DNA of 64,000 nucleotides from an uncultured Spirochaetota bacterium (GCA_963835575.1 CAWIGG010000002.1:1728001-1792000), one strand, 5' to 3'. Shown: positions 41,440 to 51,000, numbered from the stretch's first letter. Translations and numbers: made by a program. Notes: a model not told the origin generated them from the sequence alone.

Positions 41440-41600
41440 GCCACGGAATTGCACGGAAAACCACGGAATATTACAGTTGTAATCTCGGAAGTTCGGATAA
41501 TCCGCTAATGCACGCGAATGGACGCTAAAGAAATATCTTTTTAAAATATATTCTCACTTATCATTTCTTCGCGTGACTTTGCGTGGCTTAGCGGAAGACC
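41440..41600. repeat. Intergenic periodic/palindromic repeat
   Basis: CACGGAA three times at 9-10 nt spacing, then inward-facing arms CCGCTAATGCACGCGAATGGACGC / GCGTGACTTTGCGTGGCTTAGCGG. Confidence 0.75.
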
Positions 41601-41642
41601 AGTTGTTTATAGGAATAATCGGCACTGGAAAGGAGGCAATGT

Positions 41643-42935
41643 ATGATCTATGATAAAATTCATGAGTGCATGGCGCGGGAAGATCTGGAGCAGCTTCAGA
41701 TTGAAAGGCTCCAGGCGACATTAAACCGGGTCTATCAGAATGTCTCATTCTACAAAAATTCTTTCGATCAGAATAAGATCAATATTGAAAATATCAAATC
41801 CATAAAGGATTTGACCCGGCTTCCCTTTACCACCAGGGACGACCTCCGCCTGAGCTACCCCTATGATATGTTCGCTGTTCCGCTGCGGGACATCGTGAGG
41901 ATCCATTCCACATCCGGGACAACAGGAAAAGCTATTGTGGTCGGTTATACCAGTAATGACATCAGCATCTGGACTTCCCTCATCGCGCGGGTTTTGACCG
42001 CCGTCGAGATAACAGAGCATGATTTTGTCCAGATCGCCTTCAATTACAGCCTCGCGTCCGCCGGACTCGGGTTCCATTACGGCGCCGAAAAGATCGGCGC
42101 TTCCGTCATCCCTTCATCCAGCGAGAATATCCAGCGGCAGATAACGGTTATGAAGGATTATAAAACAACCGCCCTGATCAGTACTCCCGGCTATGCCCTG
42201 CATATCGGCAAAGTGCTGGAGGAGATGAACATTCATCCGGAAGAACTCAACCTCAAGACAGGCCTTTTTGGAGCGGAGCCCTGGAGCGAGAAACTCCGGA
42301 GCCAGATCGAAAAGAGCCTGCATATTAAAGCCTATGATAATTACGGCCTGACGGAACTGATCGGCCCGGGCATCTCATTTGAATGCCCCTATCGGAAAGG
42401 ACTTCATATCAATGAAGACCATTTTATCGCCGAAGTCATCGATCCGAAAACACTCAAGCGCCTGGATTTCGGACAGGAGGGCGAGCTGGTTTTCACAACA
42501 ATTACAAAACAGGGTTTTCCGCTCATCAGGTACAGGACAGGCGACATATCATCGCTATTAGAAGGCAAATGCGAATGCGGAAGGACGCTGGTAAGGATGA
42601 ACCGGCTGGCCGGAAGAACAGACGATATGATCATCATCGACGGCATCAATATTTTCCCGTCGCAGATTGAAGAGGCAATCCTGCAGATTGAAGGAGTGGA
42701 ACCTCATTATCTCATCATACTGGACAGGAAAGACGGCCTTGAAACAATGGAAATCCAGGTCGAGGCGTCCGCTTTCGATGAAATGAGGGAACTCGAGAAG
42801 CTGAAGACAAAACTTATCAACCATCTGGAGGCGACACTCGGCATCATGCCGAAAATAACCCTTGTCGAGCCTAAAACGATCAAGCGCTCGGAAGGAAAGA
42901 AGCTCAAGAGGATCATCGATAAGAGGGAGAAGTAG
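41643..42935 (+). CDS. paaK: Phenylacetate-CoA ligase family protein
   Basis: RIHSTSGTTGK, GAEPW, YGLTE, RYRTGD, GRTDDM. Confidence 0.92.
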   Translation: MIYDKIHECMAREDLEQLQIERLQATLNRVYQNVSFYKNSFDQNKINIENIKSIKDLTRLPFTTRDDLRLSYPYDMFAVPLRDIVRIHSTSGTTGKAIVVGYTSNDISIWTSLIARVLTAVEITEHDFVQIAFNYSLASAGLGFHYGAEKIGASVIPSSSENIQRQITVMKDYKTTALISTPGYALHIGKVLEEMNIHPEELNLKTGLFGAEPWSEKLRSQIEKSLHIKAYDNYGLTELIGPGISFECPYRKGLHINEDHFIAEVIDPKTLKRLDFGQEGELVFTTITKQGFPLIRYRTGDISSLLEGKCECGRTLVRMNRLAGRTDDMIIIDGINIFPSQIEEAILQIEGVEPHYLIILDRKDGLETMEIQVEASAFDEMRELEKLKTKLINHLEATLGIMPKITLVEPKTIKRSEGKKLKRIIDKREK

Positions 42936-42970
42936 GATAACGGGGATGCCTCAGGCACAGAGGGATATTG

Positions 42971-43326
42971 TTTTAATTTGCCTTTATATATTTTGAACAT
43001 GGCTGGGATTGGTTCAACGCCCGGGTAATTTACCACGAAGACCACGAAGAGGACACTAAGAGCACGAAGATTTGTTGTTGCTTCATACTTCGTTTTTATC
43101 AACCACCCTTTATAGTTTAAAATTCCTTTTTTTTTTACCACAGAGATCACAGAGCTATTAATTGAATAAAAGCATTTGTGTGAGATTCTCTTTATTTGAG
43201 GGCCGCAGAGGGCACTGAGAGATGATGGGTTTAGTTTGCCTTTATATATTTTGAAGGATATCTTGGATTGTGTTAACACCTGTGGGTTAAACACGAAGAC
43301 CACGAAGAGGATACTAAGAACACGAA
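42971..43326. repeat. Diverged direct repeat, period 258 bp
   Basis: TTTGCCTTTATATATTTTGAA at 42977 and 43235; CACGAAGACCACGAAGAGGA at 43034 and 43292. Confidence 0.8.
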
Positions 43327-43349
43327 TCAAGAATGGGACATGGGATAAG

Positions 43350-43427
43350 GTAGGGCGAGTGCTGAGTTCTGCAGGCCGTAGCGACTGAATGTAAGACAAG
43401 GAGCGGAGTGCAAACGCCGTGTTGGAC
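43350..43427 (-). other. Truncated attC-like site (R'' half only)
   Basis: GTCCAAC-ACGGC-GTTTGC.. resembles the first half of the site at 44062-44234. No R' half found. Confidence 0.65.
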
Positions 43428-43473
43428 GATACGCGCGGACCTCTAAATAAAAAAGCGCCACGGATAGCGCTAA

Positions 43474-43743
43474 TTAATAAATTTCATCATGTTTCCCAAT
43501 ATCGACTAGTATTGCTTTTTTATCATCATCAGTAAAATAAAATACTATTCTTAGATCATATTCTACTGTAAAACCCCATAAGTCTTTTAACTTTCCTTGA
43601 AGTTTATGAGTCTTTAATCTATTATCAAAAGGATTATCAATAAAAATTTCAATAATATCCCAAAATTCCTTTTCAATCTGCTTTCTACCAGATATTTGTT
43701 TTTTAAAGGCTCTTTTAAAAGATGAACTGAATGAAATTTCCAT
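43474..43743 (-). CDS. RelE/YafQ-family type II toxin
   Basis: FSSSFKRAFKK, LKTHKLQGKL, DLRIVF, DIGKHDEIY. Confidence 0.9.
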   Translation of the reverse strand: MEISFSSSFKRAFKKQISGRKQIEKEFWDIIEIFIDNPFDNRLKTHKLQGKLKDLWGFTVEYDLRIVFYFTDDDKKAILVDIGKHDEIY

Positions 43744-43746
43744 AAA

Positions 43747-43956
43747 TTATCCAATTGATTTTTTTAAATCATTAATGTTTTTACTGAATTTTAAGTTTTG
43801 TTCTTTTTCTTCTTGCTTTGTTTTTAAATAATTTTTATAAATTTCCTCTCTTCTTTCTTCAATAATTGATTTTTCAATGATAAATTTAATTTCTTCTCTT
43901 TCATCTGTTGGTAAATCCCGAACAATTTCTACAACTTCTTCAAATGTTTTATTCAT
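43747..43956 (-). CDS. Putative antitoxin
   Basis: 69-aa charged ORF directly upstream of the toxin, with its own TTGACT-17-TAAAAT promoter (44011-43983). Confidence 0.8.
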   Translation of the reverse strand: MNKTFEEVVEIVRDLPTDEREEIKFIIEKSIIEERREEIYKNYLKTKQEEKEQNLKFSKNINDLKKSIG

Positions 43957-44061
43957 AAAAGCCTCTTATTTAATATAGTATTATTTTATATATGATAAAT
44001 AATAAAGTCAATCGTTTTTCGCCACGGATGGTGAATGAAATAGTAAAATTCCGCGCGTTTC

Positions 44062-44234
44062 GCCCAATGTCAGGCGTTTGCGAAGCCGCTGAGAGCCGTA
44101 CCAGCTCCGCTGTAGGCGAAGCGGTTTGGTGAGCCCTGCGTTGCGCTTCTTCCGGCCTACTTACGGCAGGGCGAACCCGAGCACCGGAGCCGCCGTTAGC
44201 GGCGAGGAGCAGAGCGCTAAACGCCGGGTTGTAC
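44062..44234 (-). other. attC-like integron recombination site
   Basis: R'' GTACAAC, 5-nt spacer, L'' GTTTAGCG ... L' CGCAAAC, R' ATTGGGC. GC-rich element between AT-rich genes, starting 13 nt after the stop codon. Confidence 0.75.
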
Positions 44235-44246
44235 GCCGTGTCGTTT

Positions 44247-45140
44247 TCATTTAGGTATTAAAGCTATTAATGCAGGAATCTGTTGATATAAACCATTAGC
44301 AATCATACTAATAGTAACTTTTTCTAATATACTATAAATTACTTTTAGACTTTCTGAAATAAAGCTATTTTTTGGTCTTTTTGTTCCTGCTAAAGCTTTT
44401 ATTGTTTCAATTTCTTGTTTTAGTGAATCAATTTCTTCTTGCTTCAATTCTTTAATTTCATTAATTTTACTTTCGAGTTCATTTATAAATTCAATTATTG
44501 ATTTCAAATCATTGTTATTATAAGAATATGTTTGTGTCGATTGATTACTACCTTGTTGCAATTGTGAATAATTCATTGAACCTATAATATTGATAATAGT
44601 ACTTTTTGAAAAATGTTCTGTATCTTCATTAGGAAATTTATTAGCGTGTTCATATTCTTTTATTCCAGGATGAGTAATACTTACCATACCCCCAAGAGTT
44701 TCTCTCTTAACAAGACCTTCACTTTCAAGATATTGAAAAATTAATAGGCCAACATCTTCAGATATTTTTAAATCTTTTGATATATTTCTGAAATCAACAG
44801 AATAAATTTCATCAGCATTTGAAAGATTGTATAACCTTTCAAGAAACAAAAATCGTAATCTTTGATTTTCTTCAATTGTCATAGAACTAATTTCCCCCTT
44901 TAATTTTTTAGAAGGTTCTAATAAAAATAGTCCTTCTTCAGTAAATATAACACTCGATTTATTAACACTTATTATTCCATATTTTTCTAACGACTTTAAG
45001 GCAATTCCTAAATCTTCATTTCTCATTTTTACAGTATGTATTAAATTTGTTATCAAACATCCATTGCCAGTTTGTTCAGTATATTTTGATAATAATTTAA
45101 TTATGGCAGTTTCATTTTGTGTAAATTTGATAATATCCAT
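44247..45140 (-). CDS. Cassette-borne hypothetical protein (winged-HTH-like N-terminus, helical C-terminus)
   Basis: AT-rich 297-aa ORF; L..LEKYGII and YLESEGLV..IT..G resemble two wHTH ends. Confidence 0.75.
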   Translation of the reverse strand: MDIIKFTQNETAIIKLLSKYTEQTGNGCLITNLIHTVKMRNEDLGIALKSLEKYGIISVNKSSVIFTEEGLFLLEPSKKLKGEISSMTIEENQRLRFLFLERLYNLSNADEIYSVDFRNISKDLKISEDVGLLIFQYLESEGLVKRETLGGMVSITHPGIKEYEHANKFPNEDTEHFSKSTIINIIGSMNYSQLQQGSNQSTQTYSYNNNDLKSIIEFINELESKINEIKELKQEEIDSLKQEIETIKALAGTKRPKNSFISESLKVIYSILEKVTISMIANGLYQQIPALIALIPK

Positions 45141-45165
45141 AAAATCCTTTTAATATCATAAAGCT

Positions 45166-45205
45166 GAAAACGGCATGGCGTCCAACTTATTATATATGAA
45201 AAAAG
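45166..45205 (-). other. attI-like site
   Basis: AT-rich CATATATAATAA then GTTGGAC. The following bases are complementary (18/21) to those ending at R'' of the same cassette. Confidence 0.6.
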
Positions 45206-45321
45206 GCATGCTTCCGCATGCCCCAAAGTTTTCCCTGAATCAATAAGCAGGCACTAAACAGCCCGGCTTTCTTCGCGAAATCCTGAGAACTTAATCCCCA
45301 TCCCTTAACACCAACCGGTTC

Positions 45322-45351
45322 AGTGTAGCACATTAACAGGGCGTTTGTCAA
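45322..45351 (-). promoter_or_regulatory. Pc-like sigma70 promoter facing the cassettes
   Basis: TTGACA-18-TACACT with an extended -10 TG. Confidence 0.65.
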
Positions 45352-45546
45352 ATCAAAGAATCTCCGTGTTCTCCGCCCCCCGACGCCTGTCCCGAGCATA
45401 GCCGAGAGATGCCCCTTGTGTTAAAACCCCCGAAACGCACTATTAAAAGCCAGGCATTGATTAGTTTTAGAAGGCAACATAAAGTGTACTAAATCCTCAA
45501 AAATCCACCTAATCCGTGAAAATCTGTATGAAAAATCGGATATAAT

Positions 45547-45575
45547 AAAAAAGGGCAGTCTGACAGACTGCCCTT
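45547..45575 (-). terminator. Rho-independent terminator of the GH12 gene
   Basis: GGGCAGTC..GACTGCCC stem followed by T6 on the minus strand. Confidence 0.85.
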
Positions 45576-45600
45576 CTCTTTAAATTAGCTTATATCAAAC

Positions 45601-47337
45601 TTAGTTCGCTGTCATTGAAAAATTGTTGCAGGTAAATGTCAAAGGAACGCCGCCTGTTCCGCTGATTTCAAATCCGAATTGCATTGCGCCGCATGTGCCG
45701 CCGGCGCTGACCCAGCCCTGGGCCACAATCCAGTTAAGAACGGCTTTGATATCCACGGTGCCCTTGGTTATCTTCATCGGGGCCCAGGATCCGTCGGTCG
45801 AACTGACTGCAACAAGAGAAACCACGTTGTTGCCACCATGGTATACGTTCCAGGTGTATCCTCCGACATTGACGTTGGTCGCGCTCGGTATGGGATTTCC
45901 TGTGGAATCCCAACCGGCGGCTATGGGGCTGACATTACCGTTCTGATACATCCAGATCATGACTTCCGTCGGAACCCATAAATCGTAAGCGACTTCCCAA
46001 TTGCCGGTGGAAGGCACAGTGACATCAAAAGTGCTGGTAAAAGAACTGAGCGAGCTTATTGCCTTACCCACGTTGCTCAGGCCTGAGTTCGGATAGGACT
46101 TGACTCCGCTGGTGTCAGGCTGGGTGGAAACAACGTACCAGTTGCTGTAGGAGTAGGCTGTTAAAGTCTGGGAATTGGTGGCGCTTGTTCCCCAGACATC
46201 ATTATAGATAATGTATGCACCCAAAACGTATTTATCGTAGTTTCCGCTTCCGATAAAAGGCCCTTCGCCCATCGGGCCATTGGGAACGGTTCCGACTAAA
46301 AGCCAGGCCATGTATTGTCCGTTATTCAGTTCGGGATTAAGGTCATAAGCATAGCCCTGATCTTCATACATTTTTTGATTGTACTGGACCAGCATGCCGG
46401 GTGTGTTATAAACAATCTGGGAATTCCATATAGGATAATTAGTACCATAAACAGCAAGCGAACTGCCGGAACTGCTGCTGGCAGCTGTACTGGAAGCAAC
46501 GCTTGAACTGACAGCCACGCTGCTGGCGACCGAGCTCCTGCTGGAACTGGCGGCTATACTGCTGGCTACCGAGCTCCTGCTGGAACTGGCGGCTATACTG
46601 CTGGCTACCGAGCTCCTGCTGGAACTGGCGGCTATACTGCTGGCTACCGAACTTCTGCTGGAACTGGCGGCTATGCTGCTGGCGATCGAACTGATGCTGG
46701 AGACGGCTATCGATGAAACAACAGACGCAGCCGAACTGGTCGTGACGGTCCCGGGTTCAATACCCCAGGAAAGAGTCCCGCTGATGTAAAGAGTCACTTT
46801 GTTCCAATCAACATAAGTTGTTGAAGGATTATAGGAATAGTTCTTCGTATTGTCTATCGTCGACCAATCGCTCTTCCAGATCCTTCCCTGGATTTCCACC
46901 GATGCGCCCGCGGCCAGATTGCCCGCGCCGCTGGTGAATGAGATTTCCTGATACGCTTCTGCGCCCGCATTAGTTGGGCTCATGGCAGTGAAGACGTTCT
47001 GAACGTTGCCGTTTCCTACAGGGATATAATCGCATGCAAAGTTGTAGGAAGTACTACCCTGGTACGCTATATAATAGCGTATTTTTACGGTAGAAAGGGC
47101 TACCGCAGAGGTTCCCGTATTCACAATCGTAATTCTTTCATATATCTGGTTCTGTAGGGTCGCACCGCTCTGGAAGGTCTGAATTTTGACAGGCCCTGTA
47201 GCTTGTGCTTTAGAGACGCCGTTATCCGTGCTTTTCTGGCTATCAACAGCGGTCCGGTCCAGACTGCAGGCCACAAATACGAATAAAGAAACAATCAGAA
47301 ACAGAAAACAAAACCTCATACTTACTAAAATCTTCAT
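45601..47337 (-). CDS. Lipoprotein endoglucanase: CBM3 + Ser-rich linker + CBM5/12-like module + GH12
   Basis: Lipobox FVAC; CBM3 (NTG..V.LS.VKIRYY..YQEISF..GRI..WG.EP); GH12 (NDVWG, VKSYPN, AYDLW, EVMIW, GFEI). Confidence 0.88.
   Translation of the reverse strand: MKILVSMRFCFLFLIVSLFVFVACSLDRTAVDSQKSTDNGVSKAQATGPVKIQTFQSGATLQNQIYERITIVNTGTSAVALSTVKIRYYIAYQGSTSYNFACDYIPVGNGNVQNVFTAMSPTNAGAEAYQEISFTSGAGNLAAGASVEIQGRIWKSDWSTIDNTKNYSYNPSTTYVDWNKVTLYISGTLSWGIEPGTVTTSSAASVVSSIAVSSISSIASSIAASSSRSSVASSIAASSSRSSVASSIAASSSRSSVASSIAASSSRSSVASSVAVSSSVASSTAASSSSGSSLAVYGTNYPIWNSQIVYNTPGMLVQYNQKMYEDQGYAYDLNPELNNGQYMAWLLVGTVPNGPMGEGPFIGSGNYDKYVLGAYIIYNDVWGTSATNSQTLTAYSYSNWYVVSTQPDTSGVKSYPNSGLSNVGKAISSLSSFTSTFDVTVPSTGNWEVAYDLWVPTEVMIWMYQNGNVSPIAAGWDSTGNPIPSATNVNVGGYTWNVYHGGNNVVSLVAVSSTDGSWAPMKITKGTVDIKAVLNWIVAQGWVSAGGTCGAMQFGFEISGTGGVPLTFTCNNFSMTAN
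46520..46685. repeat. 39-bp coding tandem repeat, about 4 copies (SSIAASSSRSSVA linker)
   Basis: Unit CTGCTGGCTACCGAGCTCCTGCTGGAACTGGCGGCTATA. Confidence 0.92.
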
Positions 47338-47585
47338 TTTTTCCTCCTTTTTATTATTAATATTTAGAAAATAACAGCCGTAAACCTTCTAACGGGTATT
47401 CCAAGACAGCCGGATAAAATCTATTAATTGTACAATGAAATCCAGGATTTGATATAGTACCCAAGGTATGGATTTATACGTACTTATAGTATGGTATTTT
47501 AACAGTAATTCTTATCAAACCGTATTTCTATTGTTTTCATATTTCGGCTGGTGTAGATGAAGCGGGCGGACCTTAGAGCTTCGCT

Positions 47586-47775
47586 CCCTTCGACAAGCTT
47601 GGTTGGAGAGCTTTTCAAACCACGCCACAAGTTCGCGTGGATTCGCGGGTTACTCAGTTTTCCCCTGTTTGTGCTCTTCGAGCCCCTTCGCGTTGCTTCG
47701 TGCATCGCCCCAATTTCTGTGCCTTCTGTGCCTCCGTGACAAACCCTGTTTGTGTTCTTCGTGCTCTTCGAGGTA
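47586..47775. repeat. Cluster of intergenic periodic repeat half-arms
   Basis: CCCTTCGACAAGCT; TTCGCGTGGATTCGCG; TCTGTGCCTTCTGTGCCTCCGTG; TGTGTTCTTCGTGCTCTTCG. Confidence 0.7.
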
Positions 47776-47785
47776 ATTCCCAGCC

Positions 47786-48634
47786 TTATTTATTATATTT
47801 ATTAAGCAGCGTGTCCGCTTTGATCCAGTCCGGCTGAAAATTGTTGGTTTCCAGATACTGGTAGTATTCGCTGACAAGCTGGTAATATTGTGAATCCTTA
47901 TTTTCCTTCAGAAAATTCTCATAACTTTTTTTTAAAAGGTCTTTTTTGATACCTTCCTCTCCGCCGGTAATATAAGTCATCACTTGGTCCTTGAGAATAT
48001 CTTTCGCTTCTTCCGTCACGGAACTGCCGGGATAATCTTTAAGATAATTCTCCCATTCAACTATTTTATTACGTACCGCTTCCCAGTCCGGCGGAGTGTC
48101 CGATTGTTCATAATCAGCGGTAATTTCCTCATTCTCCATTTCAAGATATTTTTCCATTGCCTGGCTAAGATAACCAAAAAAGTTTTTCCGGATATAATCA
48201 AAACTCATATAAAACCCGATCCCGTCCTCGCCCGCGCTGACAAAAATTCCTTTTTTTTCCAGAAACAGCAGATATTCCTTAGTTTTCTTTTTCATTCCCG
48301 TCTCTGGTTTTATATGATACATATCTTTGCCGGCATTATCCAGAATATCTTCATCAACTCCGTTTCCGCTGATCCTGCCTCCCTCGCTGTTCAAAGCGTC
48401 ATCAACCAATAGCTGCCATTCTTTAAAAGCCGTATCGGCGGACGCAAAATCAGTTTTAGCCGAGAATATTTCTTTGAATATTTTTACCGCTTCATTAATG
48501 GAGTCCAGATTGTCTTCATCCAGATCCCCGACAGCATCTTTGTATTGTAACAGAAGGGTTTCAGAATAGTTCTGCGCATATAAACCAAAGAGAATAATAA
48601 ATTCAATAATAAAAATTTTTATAAGGTCTTTCAT
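47786..48634 (-). CDS. Exported hypothetical protein
   Basis: Signal peptide; acidic, helical protein. Confidence 0.75.
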   Translation of the reverse strand: MKDLIKIFIIEFIILFGLYAQNYSETLLLQYKDAVGDLDEDNLDSINEAVKIFKEIFSAKTDFASADTAFKEWQLLVDDALNSEGGRISGNGVDEDILDNAGKDMYHIKPETGMKKKTKEYLLFLEKKGIFVSAGEDGIGFYMSFDYIRKNFFGYLSQAMEKYLEMENEEITADYEQSDTPPDWEAVRNKIVEWENYLKDYPGSSVTEEAKDILKDQVMTYITGGEEGIKKDLLKKSYENFLKENKDSQYYQLVSEYYQYLETNNFQPDWIKADTLLNKYNK

Positions 48635-48674
48635 AGAATCCAGCCATTATTTTAATTATTTAAAAAAATCAGTA

Positions 48675-49181
48675 TTATTTTTTCTTTCTTTGTTTTTCTT
48701 CATAGAGTTTTTTATCCGCTATTCCGATCAATTCATTAAAGCTGTATTTATCATCGCTTTTGACAGATATATAACCGATACTTATGGATACCGGATACGC
48801 TTTTTTTGAAAGCGCATTATAATCGTTCAAAACAGTCTGCATCTATTTCTTGAGCAGTTCGGCATCACCTTCGGCCGTATCGACGGCCAGCACGGTAAAT
48901 TCATCTCCTCCGATGCGCGCGATGATATCAACGGACCGGAAACTATTTTTAAGCAGCTGGGCGGCTTTTTTCAGCGCAAAATCGCCCTCCTTATGTCCGT
49001 ACGAATCATTGATTTTTTTCAAACCATCCATATCACAGTAAAAAAGCATCAAGTTTTTATGGTTTCTATTAGCATAGAAAAGCTGCTGTTCACCGAGCGT
49101 CAGGAAACCCCTTCTGTTGTAAAAACCGGTCAATTCATCCTTCAGGGAAAGGTCATGGAGAATCTCATTATATCTCTCCAA
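48675..49181 (-). pseudogene. GGDEF domain of the second LacI-sensor diguanylate cyclase (out of frame with its N-part; internal TAG at 48843-48845)
   Basis: DELTGFYNRRG, RIGGDEF. After the TAG the same frame continues ..SISIG..ADKKLYEEK. Confidence 0.85.
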
Positions 49182-49182
49182 T

Positions 49183-51000
49183 TTATCCCATAGCCTGGCT
49201 TAATTTCTTTTCAGCGCTTTTTCTTTCTTTTATTTCATCTTTCAGATACTGCGCCTGCTGAGATATTTTTTCAATCAGCAGGATCAGTCTGATGGTGGAG
49301 CTGAGCTCAAGGCAGATTTTATCATAAGTATCGATATTCTTCAGATATTCATTCAAGTCCAGAATAATAAAACCCTGGCGTTCGTTTCTTTGATAGAGTG
49401 ATTGGACAACAAAGAAAAACCGTGAATTTTGCGGATAGAATTTATCGGGAATGAGATCGCAGGTTTTAAAAATGACCGCTTCTTCATTTAAATCCGCTCT
49501 GCCCTTTTCATTAAAACCGAGAATAAGGCGGGAAATATCCAGAGGTTTTTCCGGATTTTGATAGAGTGAAAGATGGCATGTATTTACTCCCAATTCTGTT
49601 AAAACATCATAAATTCTTATGACCAGATCATCAAGACCGTCCACATCCGTCAGTCTCCCGCTCATGGCTGTCAGTTTGCTGAATTGAAGGGCGGCGTTCA
49701 TTTCACGCCGGACTGTCTCTTTATGAATTCTTTCCTCGACAATAATCCTCATCTGGTGAAAGATATCCTCCAGAAAAAGACTGTTTTGCGGATCCATGCG
49801 GCAGCATAATGCGTTTCTTCTCAAGCATGATACAAATTTATAAAGAAGGGAAATGTCCAGATTTTTCGAAACCGCCCATAAAATCATTTTATTCCAGTAA
49901 TACAGGTATTTTTCCAGATTATGCCGCTTATACGATTCCACAAGAGCCGCGCAGAGCAGCTTGATCCAGTTTAACATTTCGGATTTAATACCGGAATATT
50001 TCTTCGCAGACAGGCAGTATTCCATGTCTTCAAGGATTCTGCCCCGGTTTTGAGTAAACATTTCCTCAAAAGATAACGGCTGAATCTCTTTTCCCCAGAC
50101 TGAAGCCTCGAGAACCCCCGGCAGCTGGCATCCGCATGATTCCCTGATGACAATTTCCGTCGGCAGATAAACATCTTTCGGGGGACTTTTATCAGTCAGA
50201 ACATCCAGAAGAATTTCCACGGCTTTTCTGCCCTGTTCATAAATGGGCTGACGGACTGTTGTCAATGAAGACAGCCGGCTGTTTTCTATATCATCAAAAC
50301 CGACAACAAAAGTGTCCCGGGGAACCTGTATGCCGCGCCTGGATAATTCCTCGATGGCGCCCATTGCCATATCATCATTGGACGCGACAATGCAGTCAAA
50401 CTCGACTTTCCGGTTATCCAGGAGCTCCTTAATGGCATTCCTTCCGGATAGACTCATAAAATTCCCTTCAATAATCAGCTTTTTATCCAGCGGAATATTC
50501 CGGGATTTCAAGAATTTATAATAAGTGTTCAGTCTGCAATTTGACGCGGCATTTTCTTTCGGGCCTGTAATAAAAGCGATCTTTTTATAATGATGGTTTG
50601 TTACAAGATGATCCAGAAGATCGGTTAATCCTTTTTCGCCACTTATCAAAATGCTGTAATAATCATCAAATTGAGCCGAGACGCTGACTATCTTCAGGCT
50701 TTCATACCGTTTGAGAAAAAGAGCGAATCCTTTATTGCCGATAAAACTCTGAAGAGAATCGGATAAGACGATCAGGCCGTCAATCCTGTTCTTGAATATA
50801 AAATCAAAGAGCAAATTTTTCTTTTCTTCCCACGGGTCCGGCGAATTGAGGCGGCCCGTGATAAAACAGACAAGATTTATCTGAGAGCTTTCGGCAAAAT
50901 CCATGATGCCGGCCAGAACGTTTTGATGATAACCGGAATAAGCCCAGTCGATCAAAATACCAAAAGTAAACTGAGTTTTGATTTCTTTTAAATTTTTCAT
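49183..51000 (-). pseudogene. LacI/PBP-like sensor part of the second diguanylate cyclase (frameshift near 49187)
   Basis: KKIAFITGP, SNDDMA, VVGFDDI, LTTVRQP, RESCGC. Removing one G from ATGGGATAAATTG joins it to the GGDEF domain. Confidence 0.85.

Noticed and set aside
42707..43399. 230-aa minus-strand ORF with repeated LSVLFVVFV
   Set aside because: Translation of intergenic repeats plus the antisense of paaK.
46520..46685. Possible CRISPR array
   Set aside because: Head-to-tail in-frame repeats with no spacers, and no cas genes in the window.
47340..47500. c-di-GMP riboswitch upstream of the GH12 gene
   Set aside because: No GEMM consensus could be found by eye.
48843..48845. Amber read-through (pyrrolysine or alternative code)
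   Set aside because: TAG ends normal genes in this window (e.g. murD, paaK), and the same gene has another lesion.
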